From: a virus
UHGV virus genome: UHGV-0153572
Strand: one strand, 5' to 3'
DNA length: 12,283 nucleotides
The position numbers and the translations under genes are program-made. The stretch's first letter is position 1. Each line of letters opens with the position of its first letter. This document shows positions 1 through 6,465 of this stretch, piece by piece. A model generated the notes under the pieces. It had not been told where the DNA came from. It was given only the letters and a program-made list of their open reading frames with translations, and ran no database searches.

Positions 1-272
1 AGTAAGGCCAAACGCCTTAAAACGGTTGCAGGGGCATAGATTTTCAACCATTCATCTCTCAGCTTGGCGACATCGGCACTCCTGATGCTGGCCATATAGT
101 TTTTCGCCAGCTGAGTGCCTTTTAGTATCCGCACCAATGATTGGTCTTGCACTGCCCCTTTTTTGTCGGGAACAATCTCTTTTTCATATCGCGTTAGGGC
201 TTCATACAATGTCGTAGATTCCGCTTCGCTGCGGCTAAGCCAAACTCCTCTCGCCATTTCTGACTCGATCAT
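1..272 (-). CDS. Partial CDS (N-terminal ~90 codons; continues past the window start): putative tyrosine recombinase/integrase, core-binding N-terminal region
   Basis: Minus-strand ORF with ATG at 272..270 (alternative in-frame ATG at 284..282), open to position 1. Translation MIESEMARGVWLSRSEAESTTLYEALTRYEKEIVPDKKGAVQDQSLVRILKGTQLAKNYMASIRSADVAKLRDEWLKIYAPATVLRRLAL. The RYEK ... NYM(A/S)-I ... TVxRRLALL spacing resembles the core-binding domain of lambda-Int-type recombinases. Not in the ORF track because it is cut by the window edge. Confidence 0.4.
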   Translation of the reverse strand, partial: MIESEMARGVWLSRSEAESTTLYEALTRYEKEIVPDKKGAVQDQSLVRILKGTQLAKNYMASIRSADVAKLRDEWLKIYAPATVLRRLAL

Positions 273-501
273 TTTTGGGAACATACAATGTAATTAAAAT
301 AGACCCAGCTTACCGCCCTGCACCTATTGAACACAAAGATGTTGAGAGGGAAAACCTCGTTTACGGATTTGAGCTTCCCATTGGTAGTTACCACGTTTGC
401 GTATAGTCGCCATTTCTGTCTGATTCCTAACGAACTGTGGCAATATTGTGGCAAAAAATCCATTTAAATTCGATAGGTATTGATTTTACAAGATCAATTT
501 A

Positions 502-550
502 CGCATTCGTAATGCGAAGGTCGTAGGTTCGACTCCTATTATCGGCACCA
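502..550 (+). tRNA. Orphan 3' fragment (49 nt) of a tRNA-Thr(CGU) gene (thrW-type): anticodon arm, variable loop, T-arm, 3' acceptor strand and CCA; putative prophage att core, not a complete tRNA
   Basis: Sequence CGCATTCGTAATGCGAAGGTCGTAGGTTCGACTCCTATTATCGGCACCA matches, from memory, the 3' two-thirds of enterobacterial tRNA-Thr(CGU), including the GGTTCGACTCC T-arm and terminal CCA. The 27 nt upstream (475-501) do not match the 5' acceptor/D-arm, so no cloverleaf can form. Confidence 0.8.
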
Positions 551-564
551 TTTAAATCAATAAG

Positions 565-1728
565 TTACACATCATTAGTACCTTCCTTATTTTTTGACTG
601 GGACAAATTTGGGACCGATGGGTTCAGGATCGAGTCTATTTGCCGTGCGTGTTCGGTAAGGTGATTAGGTGCAAGGTGAGCATATCGACGAACCATTTCG
701 ATAGACTCCCACCCTCCCATTTCCTGTAACACTGACAACGGGACTCCGGCTTGAACCAGCCAACTTGCCCAGGTGTGTCTCAAGTCGTGAAATCTGAAAT
801 CATCAATACCAGCCCGTCTCAGCGCCGCTTTCCAGGCTGTGTTTGCGTCATACCGCATCTTCCTTACTGTTGGCGCTTTCGTTCCGTCTGGTTTGGTACA
901 GCTTTCCTTGTACACAAATACCCAACGGTGATGATTCCCGATTTGTTTTTTCAATACGCGACATGCAGTATCATTCAGCGCAACGCCAATTGCGCGGTTT
1001 GATTTACTCTCTTCCGGGTTTATCCATGCCACCCGGCGCTGCATATCTATTTGTTGCCATTCAAGGTTGATGATGTTCGAGCGTCTTAAACCTGTTGCCA
1101 GTGCAAATTCAACAACAGACTTTAATGGCTCCGGACATTCATCAATCAGCCTTTGTGCTTCATGGGGCTCCAGCCAGCGGATCCGTTTATTCTTTGGTTG
1201 AGGCACTTTAATAATTGGTGCCTTATCCAGCATTTTCCATTCACGCTCTGCGGCTCTTAGTAGGGCCTTTATAAATGAAAGATGCGTAGCCTTCGTTGCA
1301 ACGGACGCTGGTTTTGGCGTGTATTCTGGAACAGGTTTCCCTTTTTTTCTGCATGCTTCTGCCCTGAGTTTCCAGTTTTCCTCATGACGCCGGTTCGTCA
1401 TTTTCTGCATTGCTGAATAAATTTTTGATTCAGTAATGTCTCTTAGTTGCATTCCTGCGAAATGTTGAAGCCAGAATCCGATCCGGCTTTTGTCATCGTC
1501 CAGTGATTTTTTATGTGCTTTCTCTTCAAGCCACCTGACACACGCTTCCTCGAACGTTATATCAGGTATTTCACCAAGTTTGCTGACCCGCCATGCTTCA
1601 GCCTTTAGCTTGTCATGGAGTTCTGTCGCCTGCCTTTTGTCCTTTGTTCCAAGAGACTGTTTAAATCTTTTACCGTTCGGCAATGTGAAACTGGCGTACC
1701 ATATTTCACCTCTGCGGAAGAGTGACAT
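565..1728 (-). CDS. int: Site-specific tyrosine integrase, phage P22 Int-type (387 aa)
   Basis: 387-aa ORF with ATG at 1728..1726 preceded by an AGGAAAG/GAGG Shine-Dalgarno. C-terminal catalytic signature of tyrosine recombinases ([39 protein letters not shown], with R...HxxR...Y). Length and N-terminus ([24 protein letters not shown]) resemble P22 Int as remembered. Its 3' end lies 15 bp from the tRNA-Thr att core. Confidence 0.93.
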   Translation of the reverse strand: MSLFRRGEIWYASFTLPNGKRFKQSLGTKDKRQATELHDKLKAEAWRVSKLGEIPDITFEEACVRWLEEKAHKKSLDDDKSRIGFWLQHFAGMQLRDITESKIYSAMQKMTNRRHEENWKLRAEACRKKGKPVPEYTPKPASVATKATHLSFIKALLRAAEREWKMLDKAPIIKVPQPKNKRIRWLEPHEAQRLIDECPEPLKSVVEFALATGLRRSNIINLEWQQIDMQRRVAWINPEESKSNRAIGVALNDTACRVLKKQIGNHHRWVFVYKESCTKPDGTKAPTVRKMRYDANTAWKAALRRAGIDDFRFHDLRHTWASWLVQAGVPLSVLQEMGGWESIEMVRRYAHLAPNHLTEHARQIDSILNPSVPNLSQSKNKEGTNDV

Positions 1729-1955
1729 TTTCTTTCCTCTGTTATGCCATCACCCGCGCTCACCTGGACAGTATGCAGCGGAGACTGAAGAGCCGCAATG
1801 CAGGCTTGTCGTGTTGTGAGGTAAGGAGATTTATTCTTAGTGGGATCTTTGCGTGTTGCCTGAAGACGCCCTGTGCGTATCCAGTTAATGGCAGTCGGTC
1901 TGGATATCTTGAGAAAATGACAGGCCTCATCGAGTGTGAGGCTGTATGGCTCCAT
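1605..1955 (-). CDS. xis: Excisionase (Xis), helix-turn-helix excisionase family, 116 aa
   Basis: ATG at 1955..1953 with GAGGTG Shine-Dalgarno 6 nt upstream. N-terminus [33 protein letters not shown] fits the excisionase/AlpA-type HTH pattern. It overlaps the int start by ~120 nt, as in P22 xis-int. The ORF-track entry 1605..2039 is trimmed to the internal Met with an RBS. Confidence 0.75.
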   Translation of the reverse strand: MEPYSLTLDEACHFLKISRPTAINWIRTGRLQATRKDPTKNKSPYLTTRQACIAALQSPLHTVQVSAGDGITEERKCHSSAEVKYGTPVSHCRTVKDLNSLLEQRTKGRRQNSMTS

Positions 1956-2260
1956 TATTTCACCTCTTGCTGTGACATTGTTGAAAAATGGATACCAGCT
2001 CGTTGCTGCCAGACGATCCAACCGAGAGTCATATCCCATGCCATGTATTCGTTATCGCCGTTTTTTGCTCTCCGACGATCTACTAAGTCACCGAAACGCT
2101 TTTCCATGAATAATTCATAAGCTTCGCGTTCATCTGGTTCTACTTCCAGCGATAGGAGTGCGATTTCATAAGCACGGCGCTCAATATCGTCTCGCACGTC
2201 AAGGCTGCTGATACGCTCTTTAATTTCTTTAATCAGTTCTTTGTCGGTAAAAGTGATCAT
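1955..2260 (-). CDS. Hypothetical phage accessory protein (101 aa), acidic, no recognised domain
   Basis: ATG at 2260..2258. Its TAA stop (1957..1955) overlaps the xis ATG (TAATG), indicating translational coupling within the leftward operon. Sequence MITFTDKELIKEIKERISSLDVRDDIERRAYEIALL... Confidence 0.55.
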   Translation of the reverse strand: MITFTDKELIKEIKERISSLDVRDDIERRAYEIALLSLEVEPDEREAYELFMEKRFGDLVDRRRAKNGDNEYMAWDMTLGWIVWQQRAGIHFSTMSQQEVK

Positions 2261-2622
2261 TATGCTCCAGCCTCCGGTGCTTTTGGCATTATTGCCCAGT
2301 GAGTGATATTGACGTTTTCAAGGTCCCCGACCTGAAATGTCCACAGCCATTCTCCGGTTTCTTTTTGTCCCCAGGTGTACCAGAGAGAACGCCAGCCAAT
2401 TAGCCAGCCTTCTCCGTTAGCATCAAATAACAAAACACTTTCATTTGCTGGTGGCAGTTCAGCTGACACTGGTATTACTTTGTTTTCCTGTGCTGCACAT
2501 TTAGCTTCAAGCGCATCGAATTTACGCACCAGGTATTCAGCATCTGTTTCATTTACTTTCAGATCTCGCGGTACACATCTCCCACGAAGAAACCCTTCCA
2601 TTTCGAAAACATTCATGCGCAT
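2260..2622 (-). CDS. DUF551-like phage protein (118-120 aa)
   Basis: C-terminal Trp-rich block WLIGWRSLWYTWGQKETGEWLW...ITHWAIMPKAPE resembles the DUF551 signature (...THWMPLPEPP) common in lambdoid early-left regions. Candidate starts are ATG 2622 or ATG 2616; the latter overlaps the stop of the upstream HD gene (ATGA). Its stop overlaps the next gene's ATG (TAATG at 2258-2262). Confidence 0.6.
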   Translation of the reverse strand: MRMNVFEMEGFLRGRCVPRDLKVNETDAEYLVRKFDALEAKCAAQENKVIPVSAELPPANESVLLFDANGEGWLIGWRSLWYTWGQKETGEWLWTFQVGDLENVNITHWAIMPKAPEAGA

Positions 2623-3149
2623 TTGCGTAACTCCGATAACTCGTTAAAACGTTCCATAAACATCCCGTAGGCATGGCCCGGTGCCTGTGGAATCACTTTG
2701 AACATCTCTGTTGCCGGGATACCTTCCAGTACAGGCCAGAAAGAGCCATCATCAAGCCCGAGATCGCGGCGTTCGGTTGCCAGCATAATGAGATCGGCAT
2801 ATTTCACTGGCGTGCTCATAACAGGAGGTAACCCGTATTTCTCACGTATTACGGCGTCTATTTTTTCTTCCATCCGTTTATAGTCAGGAAGAAGTCGTTT
2901 CAGTGGTGCGGGGATGTCCTGGCAATATGCTTCTGTTGCATCATGCATTAAAGCTTCAAAAGCAAATTCCTGTGGCACCAGCTGGCTGCAAAGCACCGCA
3001 TGTTGGGCGACACTGTAGAAGTGTGAAAGATGTCCTGCAAAGCGACAGATATTTGAAAGGGAAACCGCGATATCGTTAATAACGATGTCGTCTTTATTTA
3101 TCCTGTCATAATAAAAATGCTTCCCGGAAAAAGTTTTAATAAATGACAT
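2613..3149 (-). CDS. HD-domain metal-dependent phosphohydrolase (178 aa from ATG 3149; the ORF extends to a GTG at 3176)
   Basis: H...HD motif context (VAQHAVLCSQ ... EALMHDATEAY) and later acidic residues typical of the HD phosphohydrolase superfamily. ATG 3149..3147 has a GGAGA Shine-Dalgarno 5 nt upstream; the longer ORF-track version starts at GTG 3176 without an obvious RBS. Confidence 0.7.
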   Translation of the reverse strand: MSFIKTFSGKHFYYDRINKDDIVINDIAVSLSNICRFAGHLSHFYSVAQHAVLCSQLVPQEFAFEALMHDATEAYCQDIPAPLKRLLPDYKRMEEKIDAVIREKYGLPPVMSTPVKYADLIMLATERRDLGLDDGSFWPVLEGIPATEMFKVIPQAPGHAYGMFMERFNELSELRKCA

Positions 3150-3273
3150 TTTGTTCTCCACGTATATGCGCTGCACCGCGCTGAATTCGGGTAAAAGGAA
3201 GCCCTCACCGTCCGGCGATTATTGAGTCAATTACATTTCCATAAATGCCCCCGTAGGGGCGGTTAGTTTCTCC

Positions 3274-3362
3274 ACAAAACAGAGAAGAACACCTGCGGTG
3301 GCAGCCGCCCGGATGGATTGGGTTATGAGCCCGTCGTCCGGTGATGCTCTTCTCTGTTTTGT
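3274..3362. repeat. 15-bp perfect inverted repeat (ACAAAACAGAGAAGA at 3274-3288; TCTTCTCTGTTTTGT at 3348-3362) with a 59-bp spacer, in the divergent intergenic region
   Basis: Direct reading: reverse complement of 3274-3288 equals 3348-3362 exactly. Lies between the leftward (int-proximal) and rightward operons. A GC-rich hairpin (GCCCC-CGTA-GGGGC, 3247-3260) lies just upstream. Confidence 0.6.
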
Positions 3363-3407
3363 AAAAAGGACGGTATCCGCCTGACGGCTAATCAGGCATA
3401 TCACCAG

Positions 3408-3611
3408 ATGGTGAAGCTGGGGATCGTCGAGCAGCGCGAACGATACAGCCGTACCGCGATTAACAACATCAAAAAATTCTGGTCGCTGACAGCGAAAGGC
3501 TGCATGTTCGGCAAGAACATCACCAGTCCTGCAAATCCGCGCGAGACGCAGCCGCATTTCTTCGAATCCCGATTCCCTGAGCTGTTAAAGCTGCTCGATA
3601 CCGTTCATTGA
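3408..3611 (+). CDS. Possible small hypothetical protein (67 aa); weak call
   Basis: ATG ORF ending 1 nt before the start of the next gene; amino-acid composition is more protein-like than the overlapping minus-strand 108-aa ORF. No strong RBS identified; could equally be non-coding regulatory sequence. Confidence 0.25.
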   Translation: MVKLGIVEQRERYSRTAINNIKKFWSLTAKGCMFGKNITSPANPRETQPHFFESRFPELLKLLDTVH

Positions 3612-3612
3612 G

Positions 3613-4608
3613 GTGACCGTGAGAGCACTACTGACCCCTGAAATAGCCCCGCGTATGGGGATCGTATTGTTCAGACCCGGTTCAGAGCTGATGCCCCTGT
3701 TTATGCAGGGGCGTGTCCTGCTGGAGCCTGAGCCGGAACGTTATTCATCTTTCGCCAGTGGTGCCGTTCCCGCGGCATCACAACCGCTGGCGGATGATCC
3801 TGCCGTTCGAGCCGTGTTCTGCAATGAGGCAGTGATCCGTCGTGCTGGTGGCGTGGAATGTCTTGAAAGCTGGTTACTTCGTGAAAAGGGCTGTCAGTGG
3901 CCTCATTCCGACTGGCACAGCGAGAACATGACCACAATGCGACACGCGCCGGGCGCGATCCGTCTGTGCTGGCACTGCGATAACCAGCTGCGCGATCAGT
4001 TCACGGAACGGCTGGAATCAATGGCAACGGATAACTGTGCCCGCTGGGTGTTGTCTGTTGTGCGTCGGGATCTCGGTTTTGATGACAGTCACGTTGTGAC
4101 AATGCCGGAACTGTGCTGGTGGCTGATTCGTAATGACCTGGCGGATGCCTTACCGGAAAGTGCAGCCCGTAAGGCACTGAGATTACCGAAGCCTGTTGTG
4201 CCGTCTGTCACCCGGGAAAGTGACCTTGTGCCTTCGGTTCCTGCCACCAGCATCATCCAGGATAAGGCGAAAAAGGTGCTGGCGCTGAAAGTGGATCCGG
4301 AGTCGCCGGAGTCTTTTATGTTACGCCCAAAACGTCGCCGCTGGGTTAATGAAAAGTACACGCGCTGGGTTAAGACACAGCCGTGTGCATGTTGTGGAAA
4401 GCCTGCTGATGATCCCCACCACCTGATAGGCCACGGTCAGGGTGGGATGGGTACAAAAGCGCATGACCTCTTTGTGTTGCCTTTGTGCAGAAAGCATCAC
4501 GACGAGCTGCATGCGGATACCGTGGCATTTGAAGAGAAGTATGGCTCCCAGCTGGAGCTGATATTTCGTTTTATCGATCGTGCGCTGGCAATAGGCGTAC
4601 TGGCGTAA
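3613..4608 (+). CDS. DUF968-like phage protein with C-terminal HNH/zinc-binding nuclease-like motif (~330 aa)
   Basis: C-terminal CACCGKPADDPHHLIGHGQGGMGTKAHDLFVLPLCRKHHDELH has Cys pairs and HH...H spacing like HNH-type modules. Overall architecture resembles the DUF968 (YdfU-type) proteins of lambdoid nin regions as remembered. Start is GTG 3613, or GTG 3619 with a GAGGTG Shine-Dalgarno. Confidence 0.7.
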   Translation: MTVRALLTPEIAPRMGIVLFRPGSELMPLFMQGRVLLEPEPERYSSFASGAVPAASQPLADDPAVRAVFCNEAVIRRAGGVECLESWLLREKGCQWPHSDWHSENMTTMRHAPGAIRLCWHCDNQLRDQFTERLESMATDNCARWVLSVVRRDLGFDDSHVVTMPELCWWLIRNDLADALPESAARKALRLPKPVVPSVTRESDLVPSVPATSIIQDKAKKVLALKVDPESPESFMLRPKRRRWVNEKYTRWVKTQPCACCGKPADDPHHLIGHGQGGMGTKAHDLFVLPLCRKHHDELHADTVAFEEKYGSQLELIFRFIDRALAIGVLA

Positions 4609-4621
4609 GTGGAGAACGAGC

Positions 4622-5350
4622 ATGAACCTTGAAGCTTTACCAAAATATTACTCCCCAAAATCTCCAAAATTGAGTGATGACGCACCGGCGACAGGCTCGG
4701 GTGGTTTAACAATTACAGATGTGATGGCTGCGCAGGGGATGGTGCAGTCGAAAGCACCGCTTGGGTTTGCCTTATTCCTGGCAAAAGTTGGTGTTCAGGA
4801 TCCTCAGTTTGCGATTGAAGGTCTGCTCAATTACGCGATGGCACTGGATAACCCGACATTGAACAAATTGAGTGAAGAAATCCGGTTACAGATCATCCCT
4901 TACCTTGTGAATTTTGCCTTTGCTGATTATTCCAGGTCTGCGGCAAGTAAGGCTCGCTGTGAGCATTGTGCTGGTACTGGATTTCATAATGTATTGCGCG
5001 AGGTGGTGAAACACTCCAGAAGCGGGGAATCTGTTATCAAGGAAGAGTGGGTGAAGGAACTATGTCAGCATTGTCATGGTAAGGGAGAAGTCAGCACAGC
5101 GTGCAGAGGGTGTAAGGGTAAAGGTATTGTCCTGGATGAAAAAAGGACCCGGCTTCATGGCACGCCTGTTTATAAGATTTGTGGGCGTTGCAATGGAAAC
5201 CGATTTAGCCGTTTACCAACCACACTGGCGCGGAATCATGTCCAGAAGCTGGTACCAGACCTGCCGAAGATCTGGGAAAAGTCACTTTCCGCCCGTCCAT
5301 CACGGCTTATGTGGTGGGAGATGACTGCTTTGACCAGCGCGATCGCCTGA
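4622..5350 (+). CDS. Phage antitermination protein Q-like protein with DnaJ-type zinc-finger repeats (242 aa); C-terminus possibly chimeric
   Basis: ATG 4622 with GGAGA Shine-Dalgarno. Four CxxCxGxG-type motifs (CEHCAGTG, CQHCHGKG, CRGCKGKG, CGRCNGNR; nt ~4958-5191). Resembles, from memory, the Q-type antiterminators of E. coli lambdoid prophages that sit next to a DUF968 gene. The last ~30 codons overlap, in another frame, DNA homologous to the DNA-circulation gene. Confidence 0.65.
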   Translation: MNLEALPKYYSPKSPKLSDDAPATGSGGLTITDVMAAQGMVQSKAPLGFALFLAKVGVQDPQFAIEGLLNYAMALDNPTLNKLSEEIRLQIIPYLVNFAFADYSRSAASKARCEHCAGTGFHNVLREVVKHSRSGESVIKEEWVKELCQHCHGKGEVSTACRGCKGKGIVLDEKRTRLHGTPVYKICGRCNGNRFSRLPTTLARNHVQKLVPDLPKIWEKSLSARPSRLMWWEMTALTSAIA

Positions 5351-6465
5351 TTGACGCGCTGAATAAACCCGGTCCCGGCACGCTTGTCCACCCGACATAC
5401 GGTGAGTTGAAAGTCTGTGTTGACGGGGAAGTTCGGGTCAGCACATCGAAGAGTGAAGGGCGTATTGTCCGCTTTGACCTGAAGTTTGTCGAAGCGGGAG
5501 ATCTCTCTTACCCCACATCAGGCGTGGCGACGGCGCAGACGCTGATGTCATCCTGTTCTGCACTGGATGACTGCATCAGTGACAGCTTCAGCGGTTTCAG
5601 TATCGATGGCGTGGCAGATTTTGTGCAGAACGACGTCGTCGGTAATGTCGGCACAATGCTTGGGTATGTTTCTGATGCGATGAAAGTGGTGGATTCTGCC
5701 GTATCGGATGCCGCCAGGCTGTTGCAGGGGGATATCTCGGTACTTCTTCCGCCGCCATCGTCAGGCAAAAATTTCGTTGAGCAGGTGCAGAAAATGTGGC
5801 GTACCGGGAAACGCCTTTATGGTAACGCCAGCGACCTGGTCACCATGATCAAAACGCTTTCCGGTGTCAGCCTTGGCAGCGATCTGCAACCGCGCGGCGT
5901 CTGGAAAACGGACAGTAAAACCACCGCCACGGCGACGCAGCAGCGTAACGTGGTTGCCAGCACCCTTCGTACGACCGCAATCAGCGAAGCGGCGTATGTC
6001 GTCACACGATTGCCTGCGCCCACAACTTCCGCGGTGATGCAGAATGCCACAGTGGGGCAGTCAACAACACCCGCGCAGAGCACCGGCTGGCCTTCTGTCA
6101 CGCATCCGGCACTGAACAATGCACCGGCGGTGAAAAACACGGTTGACCTGCCAACGTGGGAAGAACTGACCGACATTCGCGACACACTGAATACGGCAAT
6201 TGATAAGGAGTTGTCCCGTACAACCAGTGATGCGCTGTTTCTGGTGCTGCGCCGGGTGAAAGCAGATCTGAATGCGGATATCAACACGCGCCTTGAACAG
6301 TCTGCACGGATCATTCAGCGCACGCCGGATGAGGTTTTACCCGCGCTGGTGCTGGCGGCGACCTGGTTTGATAACGCGGCGCGTGACGCGGACATTATCC
6401 GGCGTAATGCCATTACGCATCCCGGCTTTGTGCCGGTGATCCCTCTGAAGGTGCCAGTGCAATGA
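5311..6465 (+). CDS. Mu-type DNA circulation protein (gpN family), N-terminally truncated; possible pseudogene
   Basis: Contains the family block AYVVGDDCFDQRDRLIDALNKPGPGTLVHPTYGELKV. The frame is open upstream only to 5209 (in-frame TAG at 5206-5208) and similarity begins around AEDLGK (~5263). The first possible start is GTG 5311 with no RBS, so ~45-60 N-terminal residues of a typical homologue are absent. Confidence 0.75.
   Translation: MVGDDCFDQRDRLIDALNKPGPGTLVHPTYGELKVCVDGEVRVSTSKSEGRIVRFDLKFVEAGDLSYPTSGVATAQTLMSSCSALDDCISDSFSGFSIDGVADFVQNDVVGNVGTMLGYVSDAMKVVDSAVSDAARLLQGDISVLLPPPSSGKNFVEQVQKMWRTGKRLYGNASDLVTMIKTLSGVSLGSDLQPRGVWKTDSKTTATATQQRNVVASTLRTTAISEAAYVVTRLPAPTTSAVMQNATVGQSTTPAQSTGWPSVTHPALNNAPAVKNTVDLPTWEELTDIRDTLNTAIDKELSRTTSDALFLVLRRVKADLNADINTRLEQSARIIQRTPDEVLPALVLAATWFDNAARDADIIRRNAITHPGFVPVIPLKVPVQ

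Noticed and set aside
115-463. ORF-track entries 115..297 (+) and 269..463 (-)
   Set aside because: Short ORFs with no RBS and odd composition. The first lies antisense to the better-supported recombinase-like ORF (1-272) and the second is in the AT-rich att-arm region.
472-550. Possibility of a complete tRNA-Thr gene
   Set aside because: Only the 3' ~49 nt match tRNA-Thr. The upstream 27 nt (475-501) do not resemble the acceptor/D-arm and cannot pair with the 3' acceptor strand, so this is an att-core fragment.
751-2120. Plus-strand ORFs 751..1002, 843..1070, 1490..1819 and 1722..2120
   Set aside because: They lie entirely antisense to the well-supported int and xis genes, have Ser/Cys/Leu-rich composition and no RBS; shadow ORFs.
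2375-2883. Plus-strand ORFs 2375..2647 and 2698..2883
   Set aside because: Antisense to the DUF551-like and HD-domain genes; no start context; shadow ORFs.
3231-3557. Minus-strand 108-aa ORF as a possible repressor in the divergent region
   Set aside because: Ala/Arg-rich, low-complexity translation typical of an out-of-frame GC-rich read, no RBS, no helix-turn-helix pattern, and it spans the inverted repeat. Retained only as part of the regulatory-region finding.
3701-4712. Minus-strand ORFs 3701..3937, 4089..4361, 4321..4623 and 4497..4712
   Set aside because: Antisense to the DUF968-like and Q-like genes; shadow ORFs.
5076-5324. Plus-strand 82-aa ORF overlapping the end of the Q-like gene
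   Set aside because: Third-frame ORF wholly inside the Q-like gene and breakpoint region; no RBS or domain signature.
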